From: Desulfobacterales bacterium | GTDB taxonomy: Bacteria; Desulfobacterota; Desulfobacteria; Desulfobacterales; UBA5852 | NCBI GenBank assembly: GCA_963674755.2 | Contig: CAXXVS010000003.1 | Coordinates: forward strand, 672,001 to 736,000 | Reading direction: 5' to 3' | Length of the DNA stretch: 64,000 nucleotides | Part shown: piece after piece, positions 18,284 through 25,899 of the stretch | Layout: every line of letters starts with the position of its first letter | Position numbering within the stretch: the stretch's first letter is position 1 | Notes under the pieces: generated by a model | Told to the model about the DNA's origin: nothing | Database searches by the model: none | The model's input: the letters and a program-made list of their open reading frames with translations, nothing else | Made by a program: the position numbers and the translations under genes

Positions 18284-18721
18284 CTACGTGCCGAGGTGCT
18301 CCTCGATCTGATCGAGATGCATCTTGCGATGGCGGCAGCGATAAACGCGCCACTGGTCGTCGGTGTGTTCGATTTGGGCGATCATGTCATCGTCGGTGTC
18401 TTCCAGTTCCCGGTCGACGGCTTCGGCGCAGGCCACGGCCAGTTCGGCGGCCGCGCGCGGCGCCAGCGTTCGCCACAAGGGCAGCAGGGCTTCATTGGTA
18501 ATGTCGATATCGATAGGTGAGGGTTCCACAACGCCGGTCTGCTTCCATTTGCGGATCAGGGTGAGGGAGCGCTGGTCCCAAAAGGCCAGATGGGCCAGGG
18601 CGATGGCCACCGTCCAGTCCTCGCCCAGGGGGATATTCAGTTGTTCTTCGGTCAGTCTTGCGGCAAGGGAACGCAGCCGTTCGCGCTCCCGGCGGTTTTC
18701 TTCGATGAAAGGTCGGTCCAC
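18284..18721 (-). CDS. DinB-like / maleylpyruvate-isomerase N-terminal four-helix protein
   Basis: WTVAIALAHLAFWD and H-x3-H-x2-Q; AGGAGG before GTG. Confidence 0.75.
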   Translation of the reverse strand: MDRPFIEENRRERERLRSLAARLTEEQLNIPLGEDWTVAIALAHLAFWDQRSLTLIRKWKQTGVVEPSPIDIDITNEALLPLWRTLAPRAAAELAVACAEAVDRELEDTDDDMIAQIEHTDDQWRVYRCRHRKMHLDQIEEHLGT

Positions 18722-18794
18722 GGTATCTCCTCCTTCTCTGGTGGCGGCCCCGGTGCGGTTCGACCGATCCGGGATGCTGTTCGCTAAATGGTCT

Positions 18795-19045
18795 CTTCCT
18801 TTTCTTTCACGGGAAAGAAAAGGAAGCTAAAAGAAACCGCCCGCGTCCCGCTTAATCCTGCGCGTCGTCGCGGCGACCGGAGGGTGCGGAAATTCGCTTC
18901 GCTCAAACAGTCCGCACCCTTTAATCCGCCCGCCCCGCCGATGCTCGGCGCGGGACAAAGGGAAATACGAAAACCAAAGGCTAAAAGCCTTTTTTATGCC
19001 CCCTTCGGGGTGGGCTTTTAAGCTCCCCTGCTATACGGGGGAGAC
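18795..19045 (+). repeat. ~250-bp structured intergenic element (family C)
   Basis: 23-bp core GATGCTCGGCGCGGGACAAAGGG (18940-18962) identical at 21909-21931(-) and 23473-23495(+); shared GTCCCGCTTAA.CCTGCGCGTC and terminal hairpins. Confidence 0.8.
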
Positions 19046-19059
19046 ACGCTCCATCAATA

Positions 19060-19455
19060 TTAACCGACGTCCACCATATCGGCGCCCTTTTCAAGGAGAA
19101 GTGCCTTGAGTACCGAACGGTGGCAGCGAGCCTCGTCCTTGCAGTAGCACCCCACCGAGAAGTTGGTCTGATGGGACAGGGCGGCCAGCAGATCCAGGGT
19201 GCGGGAGTTTTCGGGCGTCGCCATCTCGGCCCGATACTTCCTTTTGAACGCCAGCCACTCCTTGTCGGTCTTGGCGCCTTGCCCCAACTTCATGGTTTCC
19301 GGGCTGGGAGACAGATTGGGAAACCAAACGTCGTACCAGTTCTGCGAACTGAATTCGGTCTTGGGCACTCCCCGGGGCGGGCGCCGGACCGTGCCGATGC
19401 GCAGGCCCTCCCCCTCGACCCGGTCGCTACCCAGTCTCAAGACGCGTACCGCCAT
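19060..19455 (-). CDS. DUF488 (YeaO-like) protein
   Basis: TVRRPPRGV, W..LSPS, CYC..E.RCHR; AGGAGG RBS. Confidence 0.85.
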   Translation of the reverse strand: MAVRVLRLGSDRVEGEGLRIGTVRRPPRGVPKTEFSSQNWYDVWFPNLSPSPETMKLGQGAKTDKEWLAFKRKYRAEMATPENSRTLDLLAALSHQTNFSVGCYCKDEARCHRSVLKALLLEKGADMVDVG

Positions 19456-19521
19456 GGTTGCCTCCTTCTGATGGATTCGAAGTCGATATCGAAAAACCCT
19501 GCAGATTTTTCGATAAATATC

Positions 19522-19755
19522 TCATGTTCTGTCATCTTTTTTTAGTCTTTTGATCATTTCAGAAAAACTGATGAGAGGTTCGTCCCCCCTTTCCTAAATC
19601 GCTGAAATATTCTCTGCATCTTCCGCAAGGGCCTCTTTGACGGCTGTATTCACTATCTCGGAAATGGATCTATATGGTGCTATGGCTTTTAACTTCAAAG
19701 CGTTATGTAATTTTGGGTCGAAATACACGGTTGCACGCCTTGTGGGTGTTGCCAT
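19522..19755 (-). pseudogene. CopG/RHH-type antitoxin-like gene with in-frame TAG at codon 54
   Basis: Hand translation MATPTRRATVYFDPKLHNALKLKAIAPYRSISEIVNTAVKEALAEDAENISAI*ERGDEPLISFSEMIKRLKKDDRT; TAG at 19596-19594. Confidence 0.75.
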
Positions 19756-19768
19756 AACAGGCCGTGGC

Positions 19769-19888
19769 TAAACGGCGCCTCAGGCCGAAATGCGGTGTTG
19801 CCGCCCTCGCGAAACTGCTCACAACCCTGATGGTTGCTGCGCATTTCGCATCGGACGGCGCCTTGCCTTTCGACCTGATGCTTGTTTA
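19769..19888 (+). repeat. Palindromic intergenic element (related architecture to families A/B)
   Basis: Imperfect IR TAAACGGCGCCTCAGGCCGAAA / TTTCGACCTGATGCTTGTTTA; inner GCGAAA/TTTCGC stem; left end recurs at 25361-25387. Confidence 0.7.
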
Positions 19889-20383
19889 TCAACAGCCTGA
19901 TAATCTGCCGTCACCGATGGCATGGATGGTCCGTTTCTCTTTGCGTGAGCGGTCGCAATACGCCGCGACGCCTTCGAGGACAAGGATATGGTGCTTGTTA
20001 ACAATGTCGATGACCTTGCATTCGAGATTGGCCAGACATTCCTTGATCAGGGGTGAGCGAACATGTTTGCCCTTCACCGGCGTCAGACGAAATTTTTCAA
20101 ATTTGTCCGTATCGGCGCCCGAACACGTTCCGATGCCGACCACCTGATCGATCAAGTCAAGCGTGGGAATGGCAATGACGCATTCCCTGGATTTGCGAAG
20201 TGCCGTATAGGAGTAGTTCCAGGGCCCGGTGGTTATGGCAAAGCGCGGCGTAAAGTCCACCACCATGGTCCAGGAGATGGTCATGATGTTGTGCTTCTCA
20301 CCATCGTGTGTCGTCACCAGGACCACCGGTCCTGATTCGATCAGCGTGAAGGCTTTGTTGGTTAGCATTTTTCTCATAGCCAT
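19889..20383 (-). CDS. Flavin reductase-like protein, possibly 3' truncated
   Basis: GPVVLVTT..NIMTISW, IGTCSGADTDKF, PLIKECLANLECKV; start 20383 or 20377. Confidence 0.8.
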   Translation of the reverse strand: MAMRKMLTNKAFTLIESGPVVLVTTHDGEKHNIMTISWTMVVDFTPRFAITTGPWNYSYTALRKSRECVIAIPTLDLIDQVVGIGTCSGADTDKFEKFRLTPVKGKHVRSPLIKECLANLECKVIDIVNKHHILVLEGVAAYCDRSRKEKRTIHAIGDGRLSGC

Positions 20384-20551
20384 GGGCGCTTTCAGGAGCT
20401 TTTCCAAACGGACATGCTATGCGGTGTAAACGAAGCATAGGGTAGTTTGGATCCGAGCGAGTTTCTTGATTACAGGACGGAAGATAGATTCAATTACTTT
20501 TCCGATCTACAGGAGAAGTTTTTCCCTTGACAACCGAAGGCCATATAGATG

Positions 20552-21046
20552 TTATGCGTTTCGTTCCTCAACTTGAATATTAAACCCTTCACTTTGTTCC
20601 GGCTCTTGAAAATACTTGGTTACTTCATTGAACATTGACTCAGTGTCATAGATAGCCCTTTCTGGTAACTCTAATCGCCTTTTTTCAATTTGTTTTAGAC
20701 AAATATCATCGCTCACATTGAGGTAGATAAGTTCGTTTGGGGCATTAGCTTCAGAAATAAGTTCTTTAAACCATTTTCGTTGATTTACAGTATTTGCTGG
20801 AAAATCCATTACAACATCTGTACCCGTTTTCAGTATATTCACAACATGCGCCTTAATTAGCGGTTTCAATAAAGATGAATAATGGAGATAATCTGCAAAT
20901 GAAGTGATTTGACTGGGGTAAAGTGCCGACAACCATTCGTCCTCAGAGATCAGTACAGCATTGCGATCCTGAGATACTTGCTTTGATTTTGTTGATTTTC
21001 CAGCTCCCATCTTTCCAGAGAACAATATCAATGTTCCTATTTTCAT
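20552..21046 (-). CDS. P-loop kinase / AAA_33-like ATP-binding protein (AT-rich)
   Basis: Walker A GKMGAGKST, ISEDEW, VVMDFPANT; TAAGGA RBS; much lower GC than flanks. Confidence 0.85.
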   Translation of the reverse strand: MKIGTLILFSGKMGAGKSTKSKQVSQDRNAVLISEDEWLSALYPSQITSFADYLHYSSLLKPLIKAHVVNILKTGTDVVMDFPANTVNQRKWFKELISEANAPNELIYLNVSDDICLKQIEKRRLELPERAIYDTESMFNEVTKYFQEPEQSEGFNIQVEERNA

Positions 21047-21379
21047 TTTTTGTCCTTATTATGCATGTTGCATGATAATAACATCGTAAAATTATCTTGA
21101 GACAGTTGCGGCATACTTCGCAAAAGAAACAGGCCCGTTTCGGGCTCATATTTTATGTCAGTGGGCCAAAACAGAAGGCGCCCGAAAAGGGGAGATTTTT
21201 GCCGGCTTGGATGGTGCGGAAAAGTCGACTGCACGCTACCACGGCGGGTATGGCTTGTAAAGGGGAGTGGTTGGCGCAGCAGCGCTTCAGGGGAAGGTTA
21301 TGGCAGCGGGCCTTTGAGCAGAAGCGCACCGCCAAGAAGCGTTGATGAATCCGTAAGAAACCACCGAAAGAGCGGTTTT

Positions 21380-21444
21380 GTCATCCCTGCGGAGGCAGGG
21401 AGCCAGACTTTTTTGCTCTGGACTCCCGGCTTCGCGGGAGTGAC
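21380..21444. repeat. REP/RPE-like palindrome
   Basis: GTCATCCCTGCGGAGGCAGGGAGCCAG...CTGGACTCCCGGCTTCGCGGGAGTGAC, two inverted hairpin units. Confidence 0.7.
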
Positions 21445-21491
21445 GATAGGAGTCTTTTTACGGCACCATCTGGCGTTCACAAAAGACGACC

Positions 21492-21782
21492 TCATTGCAC
21501 CGTTCCGGCATAGGTGCCGGCTGCCTTGAGGGATGCCACCATCGCTTCCGGTGTTATTACGTCAGGGTCGTAGGTCACGGTGTTGATCTCACGCCCCCGG
21601 CGCCATCCGCGGGTGACCTCTTTCACGCCGTCCAGCCCGTCCAGGGCTGCCTTGCCCACGTCGTATCAGTGGACGTAGAAGGTGATCTCGGACAGGGGCG
21701 CATCGGCCCGGGCCGGGGCCGCCGCCCACGCGACGATCCCGGCCAGAAGCAGCAGCGTTGTCAGTATGCGTATTCTTTTCAT
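21492..21782 (-). CDS. Putative secreted selenoprotein, miniature MsrA-like fold (Sec39)
   Basis: MKRIRILTTLLLLAGIVAWAAAPGRADAPLSEITFYVH-U-YDVGKAALDGLDGVKEVTRGWRRGREINTVTYDPDVITPEAMVASLKAAGTYAGTVQ; UGA at 21668-21666; AAGGAGG 9 nt upstream; aligns with adjacent MsrA on both sides of the UGA. Confidence 0.8.
21633..21649 (-). promoter_or_regulatory. Candidate bacterial SECIS hairpin
   Basis: mRNA CAGCCC-UGGAC-GGGCUG: 6-bp stem starting 17 nt after UGA, G at loop position 2. Confidence 0.65.
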
Positions 21783-21824
21783 AAGCCATTTCCTCCTTTA
21801 TAGGCCGCGCGTGATCCCGGGTGA

Positions 21825-22085
21825 GTCTCCTCCCGCATAGCGGGGGGCCTCAGGAAACCCCCTCGAAGAGGGTTTGAAAACAGTTTTTGAGGTTTTGGTT
21901 TTGGATTTCCCTTTGTCCCGCGCCGAGCATCCCGTCTGCGGGCGGAAAAGACGCGGCGACCTGCTTGTCCGCCGAAGGCTTGCCGCAGGCGGGACGCGCA
22001 GGGTTAAGCGGGACACGGGCGTTTGAAGCCTGTCACGCCGAGGCGTGATTGCTTCCGTTTTCTTTCACGGGAAAGAAAATGAAGG
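21825..22085 (-). repeat. ~260-bp structured intergenic element (family C), inverted copy
   Basis: Reverse-complement similarity to 18795-19045 incl. 23-bp core and TTTTCTTTC-N4-GAAAGAAAA hairpin. Confidence 0.8.
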
Positions 22086-22164
22086 ATCCAATTGATGTAA
22101 AGGCACCCTGGATCGGTAGAACCTCTCCGCGTCCTCCACCACAGGTGGAGGGCTTAGATCGAAA

Positions 22165-23310
22165 CTAGTTGAACAGCTTCGCAAATTGCCCATAGCCGTC
22201 CTTTGCCAGATCGGCCTGGGGGACGAAGCGCAAGGCCGCCGAGTTGATGCAGTAGCGCAGACCGGTGGGCTGGGGCCCGTCGTTGAAGACGTGACCGAGG
22301 TGGGAATCGGCGTGCTTGCTGCGGACTTCGGTGCGCACCATGAAGAGGCTGCGGTCCTTCTTTTCGACGACGTTCTCCGGCACCAGGGGCCGGGTGAAGC
22401 TGGGCCAGCCCGTGCCGGACTCGAATTTGTCCGTGGAACTGAACAACGGCTCGCCGGAAACGATGTCCACGTAAATCCCGGGCGCATGGTTGTCCCAGTA
22501 GGCGTTGTTGAAGGGCGGTTCGGTGCCTTCCTTCCGGGTGACCTTGTACTGCATGGGGGTCAGCTGTTCACGCAGCTGGGCGTCGTCAGGAATGGTATAC
22601 ATGGTCTTGTCCGCAGCGGCGGTCATCTTGTCGGGTTTCATTTCCTGCATATCGGATGTCATGGTCATATCGGGCACCTCTTTGCTCCAGGTTTCTTCTA
22701 AAAATTGGTCCCGTCCGGATCGCGAACGATACCATTTATAGCGGATCGGGTTTTTCTTGTAGTAGTTCTGGTGATACTCCTCGGCCGGGTAGAACGGTCC
22801 CGCGGGTTCGATCAGGGTCACGATGGGCTTGTCAAAGCGGCCGGAGGCGGCCAGCTTTTCCTTGGTGGCTTCCGCCAGCCGGTGTTCTTCTTCATTGCCA
22901 TAGAAGATGGCGCTTTTGTACTGGGGGCCCCGGTCCACGAACTGTCCGCCGTCGTCGGTGGGATCCACATGCCGCCAGAAGACATCCAACAGCTGGGCAT
23001 AACTCACCTTCGTCGGATCGTAGATCACTTGGACGGCCTCCACATGACCGGTGCGGCCGGAAGACACCTGCTCATAGGTGGGATTGACCTCTTTGCCGCC
23101 GGTATAGCCCGAGATGGCGTCAATGACGCCGTCCACCTTTTCGAAGTCCGACTCCGTGCACCAGAAGCATCCCCCGGCGAAGATGGCCGTGCGGGTCATG
23201 GCCGGGCCGGGCTTCATAGCCGGGTTGTCGCTTGTATCCATGCTGCGCACCTGGTGGTAGCCCACCAGGATCGCAGCGATTGCCAATGTGGTTATGATCA
23301 GGTTTCGCAT
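22165..23310 (-). CDS. msrAB: Exported bifunctional peptide methionine sulfoxide reductase MsrA-MsrB
   Basis: Signal peptide; [17 protein letters not shown] (MsrA); [23 protein letters not shown] (MsrB); GAGGTG before ATG 23310. Confidence 0.95.
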   Translation of the reverse strand: MRNLIITTLAIAAILVGYHQVRSMDTSDNPAMKPGPAMTRTAIFAGGCFWCTESDFEKVDGVIDAISGYTGGKEVNPTYEQVSSGRTGHVEAVQVIYDPTKVSYAQLLDVFWRHVDPTDDGGQFVDRGPQYKSAIFYGNEEEHRLAEATKEKLAASGRFDKPIVTLIEPAGPFYPAEEYHQNYYKKNPIRYKWYRSRSGRDQFLEETWSKEVPDMTMTSDMQEMKPDKMTAAADKTMYTIPDDAQLREQLTPMQYKVTRKEGTEPPFNNAYWDNHAPGIYVDIVSGEPLFSSTDKFESGTGWPSFTRPLVPENVVEKKDRSLFMVRTEVRSKHADSHLGHVFNDGPQPTGLRYCINSAALRFVPQADLAKDGYGQFAKLFN

Positions 23311-23415
23311 CAGACACCTCCCTAAACGATGGTGTTTATTCAGATGGTCGGCAAGTCCTGTCTCAGGCGCCGCTTTTTCATGGTGATAGAGTAAGGCTTG
23401 AAAATGTAGGTGTCT

Positions 23416-23442
23416 TAAAGGGAATGTAAAGATCGCGTAAAG
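23416..23442 (-). promoter_or_regulatory. Putative OmpR/PhoB-family binding site upstream of msrAB
   Basis: TAAAG at 23416, 23427, 23438 (exact 11-bp period). Confidence 0.5.
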
Positions 23443-23454
23443 ACTGGCGCATGT

Positions 23455-23545
23455 GCAGCCGGCCGCATCGCCGATGCTCGGCGCGGGACAAAGGGCAATC
23501 AAAAACCAAAAACACAAAAACCGAATTCAAGCCTGCTTGAAGGGG
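23455..23545 (+). repeat. Partial family C element
   Basis: 23-bp core at 23473-23495 followed by the same A-rich tract as the other copies. Confidence 0.7.
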
Positions 23546-23551
23546 GTTATC

Positions 23552-24631
23552 CTATGTCTCCGGCGGTGTGACAGGCAGGGTCAGGTGGATCTGGAAGCGC
23601 CCCTCCTCCAGGGTGGCGGAAACCTTTCCGCCGTGGGCTTCCACCAGTTCCTTGACAATGGCCAGTCCGATGCCGGCCCCGCCGTGTTGCCGCGAGCGGG
23701 ATTTCTCGCCGCGGTAGAAGCGCTCGAACAGATAGGGCAGGTCGTCGGCCACGAGCCGGTCGGCGCGGTTGCCGTAGTCGATGCGCACCTGATGGTCATC
23801 CCCTGTCAGGCGGATCTCGATGCGCCCCCCGGCCGGCGAATAGCGGACCGCGTTGTCGGTCAGGTTGCGCATGACCCGGGCCAGGCGGCGCCGGTCCCCG
23901 GCCACGATCAGCGGGCTTTCCGGGAGGTCCACGTTAACGGTGACGGACTTCTCCTCCATGGTGCGGGCAAAGGGCGCCAGGGCGGTCCGGATGATGTCTG
24001 TCAGGTCCGTGGGCGCCAGATCGAGCCGGCCGTGGGCCGCATCGGCCCGGGCCAGCTGCAGAACGTCTTCCACCAGCTCGGCCAGTCGCAGGGTTTCCGT
24101 CTGCAGCAGGGTGAAGGTTTCCTTGGAAAAGGGCAGCACGCGGTCGTCCAGGGCTTCCAGGTAGCCGCGGATATTGGTAAGGGGGGTGCGCAGCTCGTGG
24201 GCCACGTCGATCATCAGGGTGCGGCGCAGGCGTTCGATGGCCTCCAGGCTGGCGGCCATCTGGTTGAAGGCCTGGGCCAGCTGGCCCACCTCGTCCCGGG
24301 AACCGACCGGCACCCGGGTGCCGAAATTCCCTTCGGCGATTTCGCGCGAGATGACGGTCATGCGGGAGAGGGGCGCCAGGACGCGCCGCATCATGAGAAA
24401 GCTCAGCAGCACGGCCAGGGCTACGGCCCCGGCAAACGCCCACAACAGATAGCGGTGGATGGCGCTTACGAACATGGCGTGGGCCGGCCTGGGCGAGATG
24501 TTGTACTTCTCCATGAGGGTCACGAAATAGCCCGCCGCCAGGGTGTCGATGGAAAACCAGACGATGACCATGGCAAAGCAGATGACGATCAGGTGGATGG
24601 CCAGCAGCTTGAGGATCAGGTAGCGCTTCAA
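23552..24631 (-). CDS. Sensor histidine kinase (2 TM-HAMP-HisKA-HATPase, BaeS-like)
   Basis: DVAHELRTPL, NLTDNAVRYS, FERFYR, GAGIGLAIV; TTG start 14 nt after the RR stop. Confidence 0.93.
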   Translation of the reverse strand: MKRYLILKLLAIHLIVICFAMVIVWFSIDTLAAGYFVTLMEKYNISPRPAHAMFVSAIHRYLLWAFAGAVALAVLLSFLMMRRVLAPLSRMTVISREIAEGNFGTRVPVGSRDEVGQLAQAFNQMAASLEAIERLRRTLMIDVAHELRTPLTNIRGYLEALDDRVLPFSKETFTLLQTETLRLAELVEDVLQLARADAAHGRLDLAPTDLTDIIRTALAPFARTMEEKSVTVNVDLPESPLIVAGDRRRLARVMRNLTDNAVRYSPAGGRIEIRLTGDDHQVRIDYGNRADRLVADDLPYLFERFYRGEKSRSRQHGGAGIGLAIVKELVEAHGGKVSATLEEGRFQIHLTLPVTPPET

Positions 24632-24645
24632 GGCGTGTTCCCCCC

Positions 24646-25338
24646 CTATTCCTCGGAATCGGCAAAGCGGTAGCCGATGCCCCGGGCGGTGAGGATGTAG
24701 CGCGGCCGGGACGGGCGGGGCTCGATTTTCTGGCGCAGCTTGTTGATATGCACGTCCACCACGCGCTCGATCACCACGGCCTCGCCCCGGGGATAGAGCC
24801 GGTCCAGGAGCTCGTCCCGGGTGAAGATCCGGCCGGGGGCGCCCATGAGGGCTTCCAGCAGGGCGTATTCGTGGGGCGTCAGGCTGACCGTCTCGCCCTT
24901 GACCTGCAGCCGTCGCTTCTCCAGATCGAGCCGGATATCCCCGTGGGCACGCTGTTTCCCTGGGCGGTCCGCGGAGGGCGCCGTCCGGCGCAGGATGGCC
25001 TTGACCCGGGCCATCAGCTCCCGGGGGCTGAAGGGTTTGACCACGTAGTCGTCGGCCCCCAGGGTGAGGCCGGCCACCCGGTCGATTTCCTCCCCCCGGG
25101 CGGTGAGCATGATGATGGGGACCTCGGAGGCCTTGCGCAGCTGCCGGCAGACCTCCCAGCCGTCCATATCCGGCAGCATGAGGTCCAGGATGACCAGGCT
25201 GGGGGCCTGGCGGCGGGCCTGGGCCAGGCCCGCGGGCCCATCCCCGGCGGTCAGGGCGCGGAACCCCTCCCGTTCCAGATAAAGGGCTACCAGAGCGGCG
25301 GTATTGTGATCGTCTTCGATGACCAGTACGGTTTGCAT
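24646..25338 (-). CDS. OmpR-family response regulator
   Basis: VIEDD, LDLMLP, GADDYVVKPF, VDVHINKLRQKIE, RGIGYRF. Confidence 0.95.
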   Translation of the reverse strand: MQTVLVIEDDHNTAALVALYLEREGFRALTAGDGPAGLAQARRQAPSLVILDLMLPDMDGWEVCRQLRKASEVPIIMLTARGEEIDRVAGLTLGADDYVVKPFSPRELMARVKAILRRTAPSADRPGKQRAHGDIRLDLEKRRLQVKGETVSLTPHEYALLEALMGAPGRIFTRDELLDRLYPRGEAVVIERVVDVHINKLRQKIEPRPSRPRYILTARGIGYRFADSEE

Positions 25339-25467
25339 GGTCGCCCTCGCAGGCCGCGCATAAACGGCGCCTCAAGCCGAAATGCGGCTGCCGTTGGAAT
25401 CTTGTGATGTATTCTCGGTACCTCCCCACCATAAAGATGGTTGGGATGGAATGCAAACGGGCCGCAG

Positions 25468-25881
25468 CTAAGGCAGCATTTTCAGAAGATCGGAAAGGCT
25501 GATCACAAACTGGCCCACCCCATCGTGGAGATAGATGCCGATCTGGGCGATCAGGCGATAGGCCAGGGCGAACTGGGCCAGGGCCCATCCGGCGATGGTG
25601 AACTGGCTGACACTGACCAGGCCTATGCCGAACTGCGACAGGGTAACCCCCCCGCAGGCAAACTGCCCGATGGCGATGACACCCCGGGCCACCACCGGTA
25701 CCCGGTTGGGGCGGTATTTGAAGGAGACATGCACCAGGGGCCATCCCAAAAAGGTGGCCTGGGTCTTGTATTCGAAGCCGTAGCCGTCCCATTGCGGCTT
25801 GGCCGGATAAGGGGCTCCGCAGTTGGGGCAGGCCATAGCGTCAGACGCGACCGGATGCCGGCAGGATCGGCAGGGGGTCAT
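25468..25881 (-). CDS. Zinc-ribbon hypothetical membrane-associated protein
   Basis: CRSC..CPNCG; VARGVIAIGQFACG Gly-rich C-terminus. Confidence 0.75.
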   Translation of the reverse strand: MTPCRSCRHPVASDAMACPNCGAPYPAKPQWDGYGFEYKTQATFLGWPLVHVSFKYRPNRVPVVARGVIAIGQFACGGVTLSQFGIGLVSVSQFTIAGWALAQFALAYRLIAQIGIYLHDGVGQFVISLSDLLKMLP

Positions 25882-25899
25882 TATTCCCGATGCTCCTCA

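Noticed and set aside
19594..19596. Pyrrolysine read-through of the TAG
   Set aside because: Not a methylamine methyltransferase context, no pyl genes seen, other signs of decay; nonsense mutation is simpler
20400..20551. Complete attC site / integron
   Set aside because: No matching GTTATGC core or L-box dyad downstream; no integrase in window
21589..21789. 66-aa ORF MAYEKNTH... in the track
   Set aside because: ATG only 2 nt from the SD and Arg/Gly-rich shadow composition; the overlapping frame from 21782 gives a signal peptide and MsrA similarity
24632..25792. N-terminal extension of the 746-aa kinase ORF
   Set aside because: Shadow frame over the RR and Zn-ribbon genes; kinase likely starts at TTG 24631
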